Source of the DNA: Nemertoderma westbladi
Taxonomy: Eukaryota > Animalia > Xenacoelomorpha
DNA: 64,000 bases
Reading direction: 5' to 3'
Assembly: GCA_032718475.1 (NCBI GenBank)
Contig: JAUCBJ010005615.1
Coordinates: 1 to 64,000 of the forward strand
Position 1 is the first letter of the stretch. Every line of letters begins with the position of its first letter. The notes beneath the pieces are model-generated. The model searched no databases. It worked only from the letters and a program-made list of their open reading frames with translations, and was not told the origin of the DNA. Below are positions 1 through 11,393 of the stretch, piece after piece. Made by a program: the position numbers and the translations under genes.

Positions 1-2
1 CC

Positions 3-1682
3 AGCGACATTACTAAGGTACAACGGACATCCATCGGACATCTTGCCTTTCAAGAATATGGATGGAATTTCAAAGTTGGAAATCCTACCAATTACCAGCA
101 AGTATATGGAGATCATTACTCTCGTTTATATTTTGATGGACCATTAACTGCGCCTGGTGCCGTATATAGCTTTATGAGTGTTCCACTTCGCCCTTCCTTA
201 GCTATATACACGATCTTTGAAAACGCAGCACTTGCCGGTTGGCTAGCCGATGTGTGCAGTCGTACCATACGCGCTCACCCGTTAATACTTGGAACTAAAC
301 TCGCCAAGTTAGACGAACATAATAAGTTCATACGTTTCGAATGTTTCCGGCGCTTTCTGACTCCGTTCCGTAACGTCGATAGTCAGTTCAAGGACCGCGC
401 GCTGACCAAACTCAGTCTGAGAGACTCAGCTGCGGAGAAACTGAGTAGCGCTGGATTTGCCGTGTTTCAAGACGTTTGTATACAGAACCTACATTCATCC
501 GTTATACAAAGACCCCGAATATCTACAGGTTATTCTGTCGTGGAAATACAGACAGTGGGTCCACTTACGGAGACCGGCGCACCCACTTCGTCTATACAGC
601 TGGAGGATGAACCAGTATGCTTGGAATCAGAAGCGATTCAACCTACAGCTTCTCGGAGCAGTGACAATGATTATGTCATAGAGTGGTATCAAGGTCCACA
701 GCGTCTCACAGCGTACGATTATCGACACGCCAACTACGTTTCTCGAAAACGTTGTCGATTATGCGCATCGAGAGACCACTTCACTCCTCTAGACTCGAGC
801 GTACCTTGTTCCTATTTCCTCGAACAACCGATGATGGAAATATATTGTGCTTATTGCCGGCTTAATAACTCTCATATATTTGCCGTCTGCCCACAATTTA
901 TGACTCAATGTCACTACTGTCAACTTAAAGGACATGAAAGTTACAATTGTCCCTTTAATCGCGATTTAGAGAGCGTAGACGAGATGATCACCCTGCGATA
1001 CATCCGAGCTTGGGAAGCGAACGCCGATTTACATTGCGAATCCCGACATCGCTATTACCCTGGACGAGCTTACGAGGGAGTTTACGCGTTCCATCCTTAT
1101 CTATTCGCGTCGATTGAACAGAAAACACGCGTACCAAGTTACGAGTTAATGAAGCGTGTTGGTGAGTGTATTTCCACCAAGTTTGTCAGGAAATACCTTA
1201 GAAACGTTAACCCTAATGATATAACCACGTATCACCTGATCAATTTTATCCGTCAGGACCCTGAGTATGGCGACATCTTTGTGAACTCGCATCCTGAACT
1301 ACAGGAAATATCTCGGCGACCATATGAATATCGAACCCGAGAACGCGAGCTGGAGAGAACCATTAAACCGAGAAAGTTCCTCACCACTCACGGTCCACCC
1401 ACCGCTAGTGTCCAGACGACCCGTCAAGGACCCGTAGGAGCTGCTGTCCTGAGACGCGCTCTAAAGGCCGTTAGACCTCGCTCCACTGAGGTTGATATTA
1501 ATCAACCAGGCACTTCGACCGGCGGGTATACCGATCGTAACCCTGAGCCTTCTGATGCAATTATATTGCACCCTTCGCCTAGGAGCTACAGCCCTCCTCG
1601 TAAAGTGGCTCGCCCCAAAGAGAAAAGGACTCTTGCTAGCTTTAAAAAACTGCGTAAACGCCGTCCGCGCAAGAAAGACTAA
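3..1682 (+). CDS. Accessory 3' ORF of LTR retrotransposon A; zinc-knuckle protein with basic C-terminus (5'-partial)
   Basis: Frame is open from base 3 (SDITKVQRTSIGHLAFQEYGWNFK...) through the ATG at 174 to TAA at 1682. Motifs CRLCASRDH..C, CAYCRLNNSHIFAVC and CHYCQLKGHESYNC (CX2CX4HX4C); ends KKLRKRRPRKKD. Stops about 70 bp before GGGAGCGG|TGT PPT/LTR junction. Confidence 0.75.
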   Translation, partial: SDITKVQRTSIGHLAFQEYGWNFKVGNPTNYQQVYGDHYSRLYFDGPLTAPGAVYSFMSVPLRPSLAIYTIFENAALAGWLADVCSRTIRAHPLILGTKLAKLDEHNKFIRFECFRRFLTPFRNVDSQFKDRALTKLSLRDSAAEKLSSAGFAVFQDVCIQNLHSSVIQRPRISTGYSVVEIQTVGPLTETGAPTSSIQLEDEPVCLESEAIQPTASRSSDNDYVIEWYQGPQRLTAYDYRHANYVSRKRCRLCASRDHFTPLDSSVPCSYFLEQPMMEIYCAYCRLNNSHIFAVCPQFMTQCHYCQLKGHESYNCPFNRDLESVDEMITLRYIRAWEANADLHCESRHRYYPGRAYEGVYAFHPYLFASIEQKTRVPSYELMKRVGECISTKFVRKYLRNVNPNDITTYHLINFIRQDPEYGDIFVNSHPELQEISRRPYEYRTRERELERTIKPRKFLTTHGPPTASVQTTRQGPVGAAVLRRALKAVRPRSTEVDINQPGTSTGGYTDRNPEPSDAIILHPSPRSYSPPRKVARPKEKRTLASFKKLRKRRPRKKD

Positions 1683-1760
1683 CTGTTTAGAGTATTTATG
1701 TATATTAGAAATTGTGATTTTGTATATTTTATAGACTTAAATCCCATTTTCTGGGAGCGG

Positions 1761-3317
1761 TGTAAAAGCTTTTGTGGGATAACTGATTCGTTTGCCTTGC
1801 TAACCAGTTCCCCCCAGTCGCTAGAATACTCTAAAAAGGGGATCTATAATTCGAATAGCGCAAGCTACCGGCTGATTGGCTGATTCGCTGTGCGAAGGGA
1901 TCTGGGCTACGTTTGATTGTCCAACCAGCTTGGGAAAGTATCTGCCAATAGGATTTGAGTTGATTTTGATTTCGACCTATCACAGATCTACTGAACTGAA
2001 TTTTCCTATCTGTATGCTCTTTCTCTGTGTTGGGTGGAAGCCTTTGTAAATAAGGTTATTCTTATCAGTTTTCAGTGTTGTTGGTCTTTCTTTCCTGAGC
2101 CAGGAGAGAACGGCTTGTAAATATTTTGTGCTTTTCTGTTTTAGTCTAACACTAGTAGGCTTAATTATAAAGGGCATATATCCGTTATCAAACTGGTTAT
2201 CAAACTGGTTATCAACAACCAACACTTAATCTCAAACTAATGAACTTAACGCACACTGAATCACTGTGCATACTTTTATATTGTTATACTGCTATTTACT
2301 GTCAGTTCTTCATAATATGGTTGATGAATTATTATATTTGGAATAACGATAAATAACCCCGAAACCCAATATTCTTGATATACCGAAGGTAAGAGAGAAA
2401 GGTTACATATAACGATTGTGACTTATGTTAAAGTGGTTTGAAGTGAATCTAATGTTATTTGATAGACCCTACATGAGTCGGTCCGTGTTCCTTTTATATA
2501 TAACTAAAATCAGTGAAGATCGGCAGATCAGTGTGCAGTATTGTGCAGCATTGTGTATGAGTGATACTGATAACGAAGCATTTCCTAAAGAATGCGCCAT
2601 ATATGTGAATTATAACTAAGCCATATCGTTGTGAGTAGTTTAAGTCATAACTCTGTTTGTATAGATAAAGCGCCACGTCCTAAAGGAACTGTTAATATTC
2701 CCCGAAGGTGAATAATATTGTCAGAGATTATATAATACTGTCAGTCGAATAATACATTAGGCTTACATAGCAATAAGATTAAGCCGTCGAACCCAATCTC
2801 CCGGGTATATCCAGCGGGTGAATGATCGCGCACAGATTGGTTTCGACTAGTGTAGTGAATTAAATACTTGTCATAGACTAAAAGTGATTTATTATCTAGA
2901 AGACATCATAATTTGGCGGGTTAAACTGCCAAAGGTCTGAAAGCGCGAACAAGTACCAGTGGAAACTGGAATAACAATTTACGAAATAGATATTAGATTG
3001 GACAGTGGGGGAACTTGAAGCTAATCCCATCGCTATGTGCGTCGATGTTGTATTTTAATTCCCCCCCCCCCCCCCATCAGTAGCACGAAAACGAAGTGAG
3101 TTATCGGGTATGGATGTCGCTTAACTCCTTGTCTCGTTTGATTATGATTAATACATCTATTACTTTCTGACCTACCCATATCTGCTATTTTAGATAAATC
3201 GTTTCATAATTTGGTTTTAAAATATTTACAAAACAGAGCTAATATCTATAAAAATGTAGCCTCAAACAACTAATACACTGGATTTATATTGTCCCCCTGT
3301 GTAGCTTTATCCTTTCA
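1761..3317 (+). mobile_element. 3' LTR of LTR retrotransposon family A (right end approximate)
   Basis: Starts TGTAAAAGCTTTTG directly after purine tract GGGAGCGG. Colinear homology with 28891-29940 (e.g. AAAGCGCCACG..AAAG.AACTGTTAATAT; GGGTTAAACTGC..AGGTCT.AAAGCGCGAA). Candidate end CCTTTCA at 3317. Confidence 0.65.
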
Positions 3318-3940
3318 TATAAAGGGCAGATAGAGGCGCACATAGACCCTCAATTGAAAAAAGTGATATCCAGTGCAAAATAAATAAAGTTTGTTAATTG
3401 TTTTGGTGAGAAAGCACAGACACTGTAACTTGCTCCTTTCCACTAATATTTTAAAACTAAGTTTATAAACCTGCTAAACACATGTTATTTATTAATAGTG
3501 TTTGTGATCATTTTGGGTTATAAATGCAATTTAAGAATACATGTTTTACTTGTGTTTGTCTTTTTCCCATAAATATCAAGTAAGTATGCCAAGGCAGAAA
3601 AATGTTTTATATTCAAACCAAATTATCTTTATAAGAAGGGAACGGTAATTACTAGTGTGTAACAAAAGGACATATCTCGCTAATCTTACTGGTGATGAGT
3701 TTTCGGTTAGTTTGTAAGGAGAACTTACTAAGAACGGCCTTGAGTGGATTACCTACAGTACTTGGTACAACCGTTAAACTATCCACATATATACTTGTCC
3801 ACCCACGCGCGATGTTGTCATAATAGGATTTTGTCGATCAGCAACTTATACCTACCAACTTGGGGTGTCCTGTTTTACCTGTCAGTGGGTAGGATTTACA
3901 TATTTCCGACGTGTTACATCATTCTTACACCTAAACATAA

Positions 3941-4569
3941 TGTAAGCGGATTCAATTCCCTGCACTACCTGGCGGAAAACGGGCAAAGTGGCATTTTACC
4001 AATTATAGTTTGGAAGGTGACATTATTAATATAATGTCACCTAATAACCAACTTAAGCGATACACATTGACAGCCACAAGCAAAGTTGAGAGGTCATAAA
4101 CCATCTCAAGGGGACAAAGGGGCTAGCGGGGCTAGCACGTGGGGATAGTGGCAGCAGGGAGTGGCGAGATGGAGATTAATTAGGTTAGCCAATGATGGGA
4201 CGGGAGAACAGGTGATTGGAACGCATCCATTGGCCAGGCAACTTAGAGCAGTAAGAATATTCAATATGTGTTAGTAATATGACCGTTGTAATTATTGATT
4301 ATGATTCAGTTGGTATCTGTAGAGTTGTGAGACCGGAACAGTTCTTAACCGTCGTCATTTACCGTGCTATTATATTCTGATTGTGCTATTATTATAGTCT
4401 AACATTACGAACAACTGCTATTAGAACTCAGGTATTTAAACGGCCTTCGGCCTTTAGAACTCAGACACTACGCCAGCCTTTCAGCAGCCAACGGACGCGG
4501 CGATGCGTATAGCCCGAAAGGGATCACATCCGGTTGGGATTCCCTCGCCAACTAGCGAATCCCTTCACA
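3941..4569 (+). mobile_element. 5' LTR of BEL/Pao element B
   Basis: TGTAAGCGGATTCAATTCC...CCCTTCACA termini; homologous inverted copy ending at 30882; followed by gag-pol-like sequence. Confidence 0.65.
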
Positions 4570-5613
4570 GTTAAAAACCGCCGAGTTAAAAACCGAGGTC
4601 AATGCCCATCAAAGAAAATTAAACTGTGACGACACACGACGCCAACGATGAGCGAACAACAGCCCCAAGGTCCAAAGGGAGAAGCGAGCCCGCCGCGAAC
4701 CCCGAGCGACAGAGACCAGACGATTTGGGAAACAGTATGCGGGTGGTACCGGCTGCCACACCGGATTCGCCAACAAAGGATGCTACAGTCGTTGAGGAGA
4801 GCGGTCAAGTACAAGGAGGGGAGGGGATCAAGTCGATGCGAGATCACAGCGGCGAATGAGATACCGGAGTCGCCGGCCAACCAGTGGCTGAGGGCGGCAA
4901 CCGGCCCATCAGAATGGCAATGGTGGGGCCGACGGTACGGCGCCAGATGAGGAGGGAAGGTCAAGTCCAGGAGGAAGGCGTCGGGACGAGCGATCGCCTG
5001 CAACGAGGGTACAACGCCACCAGGAAGTTGTTAAAGGACGATAGAGAGGGAGGAAAGGTAGACCAGCCCAAGTTCTACTGGAGGCTAGGTGAGTGCAACA
5101 AACATTTTCACTACCTAGTCCGATTTGGGCAGGGGGACCTAGCAAGTGAGAGGGCGAGGGGGGTCACCACAGAACTGTTCGAATTGTGGCGATCCGAGGT
5201 GGTGGCGGCTAGTATAGTGTACGTAGGGCCCTATCTAGTGGATGCGAGATGGACCTTTGGTGTTGAATTTTTTGCAATATATAACGATATCGAAAGGTGA
5301 ACTTCCGAAATTAAAGGCCCGGGCCTATCCCGGATTGAAATTGAAATTGCAAGGGGGATTAAGTTAGTGGGATGGGCGGATCTGCCCGACGCCATACCCG
5401 ATGTTAACCCTGAATATTTGGTGTTGTCGGTTAGTAGGAATGCTAGTAAGCATGGGAAAATCAGTAGGACGAACAGGCAACGGGAGTCCGTCGCAACCGA
5501 AAAGTCCGCTACATCCTCCGCGAAAGCAAGAAGGGTATTAGAGATAGATCTGGCGTGTCATAGTCGCGCTAGACCAAAAGGAACTAGAGAGACAGCTGGA
5601 TCAGGGGACTGCG

Positions 5614-8600
5614 TTGCTAGAAAGGGAACTGGCGAGAGAGTGTAAAGAGAGGGCCGAGAGGGTGGTGAGAAACTATAGAGAATGGGAGGAGAGAGAAAAG
5701 GCTGAGCGTAAAGAACGGGAGGAGAGAGAAATGGCTGAGCGTAAAGAATGGGAGGAAAGGGAGGCAAACGAGCGTAGAGAACGAGAGGCAAGGGAGGCAG
5801 AGTTAGCTAATCAAAGTGTAAGAGAGGACAAGAAGAGAGAGATGGTGGGTAAAAGTATGAGAGATGATATGCATACCTGGTTGAGGGGGTTAATGCAGTA
5901 TCAGGCGAAGCAAAAATGCCGATTAGAACTGACAAAAAGGGGTTTATCAGAGATCGAGGCTGGTTCAGGAAGTATTTATGAGGAACCAGGGGTGATGGAA
6001 ACCTTTGTTAATGCCCCACTTACAGGTACCGGATGACAGACCCAGAACTGGTGTGACCGGATGGACGGGGGGGGGGGGGGGGGGGGGGGGTAACGACAAT
6101 ACGTTCAATGAGAACGTTAATATTAATAGTACTGTACTAGATAACCCTAATAATAATGAAACATTTCTTGCAGGAAATAATGTTTTGGTTAATAATAATG
6201 TAAATATTACTGTGCCGGACAACCAAAATAATTTAAATAATAACGTAAATGATGATGCAGTAAATAATAATATTATAAATAATACTGGTGAAATTAATCA
6301 AAATAATGCAAGTAATATTAATGTAACAAGTCAGCAGGGCGAGGCTAGTGGCGGTATGATTAATACGAACGTTGGGGAAACAGGTAATTTGCCTGGCGGG
6401 GGCCTACAAGGCTGCGCGGTTGCGCAGGTGAAACGCAGGCTAATGAACCCAGGGATAACAGAAGTAATGTGTCGACTGGAGGGGAGCTTGGGCATGGGGG
6501 CGAAGTGAAGAGTGACAGATGGGTGGGGGGGGGGGGGGGGGGCTACGGGCACCCCACCACAACCAATTAATGACGAGAGGGGGGGGGGGAGAAAATGCTC
6601 CAAAGATGTCAGCGGGAAATGCGAGCGGTGATTCAAGTGAACCGGGGCTCCTGACAACGGAGGAAAGGGGGGGGGGGGGGGGCAACAGAAGCCCCACGAG
6701 CATCGGCGGATAATGCGTGCGGTGAGTTAAGTGAACCGTGGCACCCAACGACGGAGGATAATAGGATGGCAACGAATATCCACGAGGCCGTACAACCAGG
6801 CAGAGGGAGGGACGTTGGTGCCGTAAGCGACCAAACAAGAAAACGTCGAGCCCACTCGGAAGATGGAAGGAGGACAGTAGAGTTCATCCGGGGGTTCGAT
6901 ACGAGACCTCATGAAGGAGGACATAACGCTGAAACCAGAAGAAGTGAGGAGGAAGGAGGAAATGTTGCTATGGGCAACCAGAGACGTCGAGACCGGTCGG
7001 ACAGCGAACCATCGATAATCGAAATGGAGAGAGAGGGCCGGTGGGGTTGTACTCCGGGAGATTGCCGTCGCCCTGGAGAAACATACCACACACCGGGAGA
7101 GGGGTACAGGAGGAAAACGGAGGAAGGGATCGGAGAGAAACTTCCCGTCAGAATGTAGCTGCCGATCGACGATATGGTAGTCGCGGGGAGGACTTCTCGG
7201 GAAATCGAGAAGATTAAACTTCGATCCGGAGGGACACAGGCAGACTGCAGGACATACTGTAGGTCTTACTGCACATACTTTAGGCCATGCTGGGAGAGAT
7301 AGTGTAGGCGATAGGGTAGCGCGAATACCAGGATTGGACCTGGAGGTCGCGGTTTACATACCGGTGTGTAGGCAGGAACATGATAGGCCTATACCGGTAC
7401 CTGCACACCAGTATGACTATAATATGCAGGGATACAATACATACCCAGGGGAGGAGGGGCGTATTGCAGATAGGTGTATGGGCCCCAATATAGTGACATC
7501 TACCCCAGTACCAAATATAACATCGGTGGGGGGGGGGGGGGGGGGGGGGTGGGGCAGGGTGATATGCTGTATCCGCAATACACACAACCAAAATTAAAAA
7601 ACCCGACCCCCTCAGATCCAAATAAGTCGTGTGACACAGAGATATGGAGGGGGCCGCTACCCCCGATGATATATCACAGCCAACAATGAGGGAGCCTGCA
7701 TCCCTACCGTCGAGCACGTTGGAAGTTCAAGCGATGGGAATGGCAACACTCATCGATGCGCTGAAAACTAGAATTGAGCTGCCACCCGTGGAGCCTTTCA
7801 AGTTTGATGGTAGCAAGCCGGAAGAATATCTACAGTTCCTGAGTATGTACAGCAACGAGATTTTGACAAAAAATCTCACACAGGCAGAGTGCCTTAATAC
7901 CTACAAGTCGCCTACAACATCGTGAGGCAATACCAAGGTATTGAAGGAGGATTCACGACCGCGTGGAGAGCCCTGGACAGGGAATTTGGCCACCCTGCGA
8001 AGATTATCCGACAAATCTTAACGGGAATAACATCAGGCAGACTCGCAGATAACCCTGTTAGCATCAAGACTTTCGCTAACAAAGTAGAGAAAGCGCTAAT
8101 AGTGTTAAAGACTCTTGATGCACCTTATGAACTCAATGCATCGAACAATATCACCATGATAGCGCAGGCACTACCGATTTGGCTAAGAACTACTACTAGG
8201 ATCGGCATGCTGCATTGCAGCTGCATTTTTAAGAATGCTGTGCCGGCTTGTCAACAAAATTGCACCGCCACAACTCCCTATCACCCATGACATTTGCTAG
8301 ATCATCCGCATCTTTAAGGCCAGTGTCCTTTAAGATGCGTCTCAAGAAAGTCATGGGCTGTCCACCATGCTTATTCATTCCATGAGGCTGCCAAAGTACA
8401 AGATTATGCACTGGCTGGTCCTCACGGCGAAAGCAATGTCCTGCAAAGCGGAGGCGATTTTGTTCTAGTGTCAAGCTTGGGGGAACCAATGAGACACCTC
8501 CAATGTTATATAGTGTCTGGTTGGAGATGTGTGCATTGTACTTGACACAATGAACCCGGCGTAGCATTCTTGTGAATGTGCCATCCAGAGATTTGGTGTC

Positions 8601-9290
8601 CTCAGCAGTTAGAGCCCAGCATGGACTCCCGTAGAGGAGTACTGGAACTACTGCTGCTCTAAATAATCGGACTAAGAAACAGATGGAGAAAGATCGCTTT
8701 CTCCACTCGAGAGAAGAAAGGTGCGGAGCCAGGGTTGGAGGAGATGTCGAAATTCCTTTACTACGAGGCGGAGCTAATAACGGATCCAGTCTATAGTGAG
8801 GACAGTCTAGGCAAGGTACCGAAAACGGAATACAGCCGACCTAAATCCGAACATAGTGCGGCGAACACACTTCCGAAGGTGAGGCAGTCGCTACCGTATG
8901 CGGCCATACAGGGGACTACAAGTCCGCAGGGAACTGGGAGTAGAGCTACACCGTGGCAGGGACAGAAACAAAGTAACAACATGAACAAATACAAACCCAA
9001 TACCCCCAGTAGGCCGAGTCCAAGTAACCAAAACACTAAATGGCTAGATATGAATCTAGGCGCAATACGTGAAGTGCTATATAAGGAACGCTACAATCCC
9101 GAATACAAATGCCAACTACATAGGTTCGGTATACATAAGACCATAAACTGTAAACAATGGCAGGCGTTGCTGAAACAAGATCGAATAGCCTACACCGGTA
9201 AGAATGGACTATGTCATCGATGCGCGGTAGGAGGACATAGAAAGGATGAATGCCAGGAACCACCGATAAAATATGCCGAGACTGAAGGGA
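5614..9290 (+). pseudogene. BEL/Pao gag (frameshifted, interrupted by an RTE fragment)
   Basis: E/R-rich coiled coil; LPPVEPFKFDGSKPEEYLQF...AWRALDREFGHP (DUF1759-like); zinc knuckles CQLHRFGIHKTINC and CHRCAVGGHRKDEC. Confidence 0.85.
8190..8671 (-). mobile_element. 5'-truncated RTE-clade LINE inserted in the gag of element B
   Basis: LLYGS.CWALT...RMLRR...RLRFAGHCFRR...LVLWQP...DRELWR C-terminus typical of RTE ORF2; (GTA)n tail; CTAAGAA duplicated at 8183-8189 and 8672-8678; removal restores gag LPIWLRNRWRK. Confidence 0.85.
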
Positions 9291-11393
9291 CTGGAGGCCA
9301 GATGATGGTTACAAGCACCATGGGAGCAAAGAGGAGGGGAACAGTATTACTCGGAGTAGTACCAGTGAGGATAATAGGGGAGAATGAGCTATCAGTTACG
9401 ACGCTAATGCTGGTCGATAGCGGAGCAGCCTTCACGCTAGTGGAAAGTTGGATGGCCGAAAAGATAGGGTTACAAACGAGGCCAAGTAAGATGGTGGTAA
9501 CCACAATTTCCAGCAAAGATGAGGTCATGAAGATGAGGACGGGATGATGCGAAATCGCAGCGATAACACCAGGGTGCGACTATGGGGCTACCATTGAACC
9601 CATCCAAATAATAGAGTCGATCAACATTAACGCCAGGCGACCTACAAAGATCGAGATCGAGCAATACCGGTACCTGGACGATATCGACTTCTCCGTGCCC
9701 AAACTGGACATCCCAAAAGTGTCTCTCATAGTCAGCATGGACTGCCCGACGGCCCATGAGAGACTGCAGACCATCTTCGGCGAGGATAGGGAGCGAGACC
9801 CAGTGGCCATTCTCATGCCATTCGGATGGACTCTCAGTGACCCAATAAAGACAAGAATCCCATTCAGTGTGTCCGAATTCTCAGGGTGCATGTTCGCGGG
9901 AACAATGAGCGAAATGGAGGACGAAGGAGCAGAGGAGCAACTCTAGAGGCTGCTATGGCAGGACTTCGAGGGATTAAAGGACACCTGGGTGGGAACCTCG
10001 GTGGAGGACAAGCAGGCGCAGGAGACTACCAGGAACTCAATGAAGTGTGAGGGGATGGTATACCATAGGGATGGTATGGAAGCAACCAAAGGTGCCCCTA
10101 CCAGACAACAAGAGGATGGTCATGACGAGGCTTCGAAAATTAAAGCAAATGCTTACATGGAGTCCCGAGAAGAACGAGTACATCCACAATGTACTCCAAC
10201 ACAATCCACCATCAAGAAGTATGTGGATCGAGGATGGGCCGTGGAGCTACCAGTGGACGAGCCGAATACCGATAGGACTTACTATTTGCCACTTCATGTG
10301 GCCCTAGACCCTAAGAAGGGCAAGTTGAGGATGGTGGTCGACGCTTCTGTCAAGACAAATGGCAAGAGTTTAAACGATTACCTACTGGAAGGCCCCAATA
10401 TCTACAACTCGGGGATAGAGGTCCTGTTAAGGTTTAGAAGTGGAAAACACGCCTTCACATGCGATATAGAGGGCATGTTTAACCAAGTGCGGGTGACGGA
10501 GGAGGATAGGATAGTCAGCGCTTCCTATAATACAACGGCGACAAAGAACCTTCGGAGATACCAATGTATAAGATGGTAGTGCAGAACATGGGGGCCAAGT
10601 CATCCTCATTTACCACGACTACAGCCGTAAGAGACACGGTGGAGGGCAAAGAGGGGGAGTACAGTGAGAAGGCAATTAATATGATTCGACTCGGGTTCTA
10701 TGTGGACGATGGAATGGGTTCTGGAAACTCGGTTAAGGAGATCCTTGACACAGGGCGCGAAGTTCACTACATCCTGAAGAGATCAAGATTTAACTTGACC
10801 AAATTTCAGTCTAACTCTAAAGAATTCATGGAAACCATAGAGGATAAACAACCAGAGGTAAAGCTAGATAAACCTATGACGGTAAAGGAACAGATCATGG
10901 CAGACAAGAGAATAGAATCGCAGCAGAAGGCACTAGGGATCGTATGGAACCGGGAGACGGATGAGTTCGAGTATCAACTAAGTCAGGAGGGTGTCTGGAT
11001 CCATACTAAACGAGGCTATGTGTCATACATAGCGAGGATATACGATCCGCTAGGTCTAGCATCCCCGTTGTTAGTCACGGGGAAACAAATATTGAAGAAG
11101 GTCTATAAGATCAAAGACGACTGGGATGCAGAGGTCCCAGTGGAGATAAGCAAACAGTGGGAGAAATGGACAGGGAGCCTCGAAGAAATGGGGACTTATA
11201 GTATGCCACGTATGTACTTCCCGGATGGGGACATGAGCGAGTTAGAACTGCATATGTTCTCCGATGCATCCCTGGAAACATATGGTGCAGCGCTCTTTTT
11301 GGTACAGCGGAAGGGGACTCATAAGCCCAGGCTTGCATTTAGTAAAGTGAGGTCGATGCCACCAGATTCAGCATCAGTGCCGAAACTCTCCTC
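9291..11393 (+). pseudogene. BEL/Pao pol: aspartic protease, RT, RNase H (frameshifted, truncated)
   Basis: LVDSGAAFTLV (protease); YYLPLHV..KLRMVVDAS..SLNDYLLEGPN..CDIEGMFNQV..FYVDDGM (Pao-type RT); KALGIVW..TKRGYVSYIARIYDPLGLASP..ELHMFSDAS (Pao RNase H region). Confidence 0.92.

Larger units (their letters stand above)
3941..11393 (+). mobile_element. Degenerate BEL/Pao LTR retrotransposon B, 3'-truncated (no integrase or 3' LTR)
   Basis: LTR, gag fragments, protease, RT and RNase H in order, with many frameshifts; sequence switches to a LINE tail at about 11394. Confidence 0.9.

Noticed and set aside
720-960. Nanos-type zinc finger in ORF 3-1682
   Set aside because: C/H spacing fits retroviral-type knuckles, not the Nanos CX2CX12HX10C pattern.
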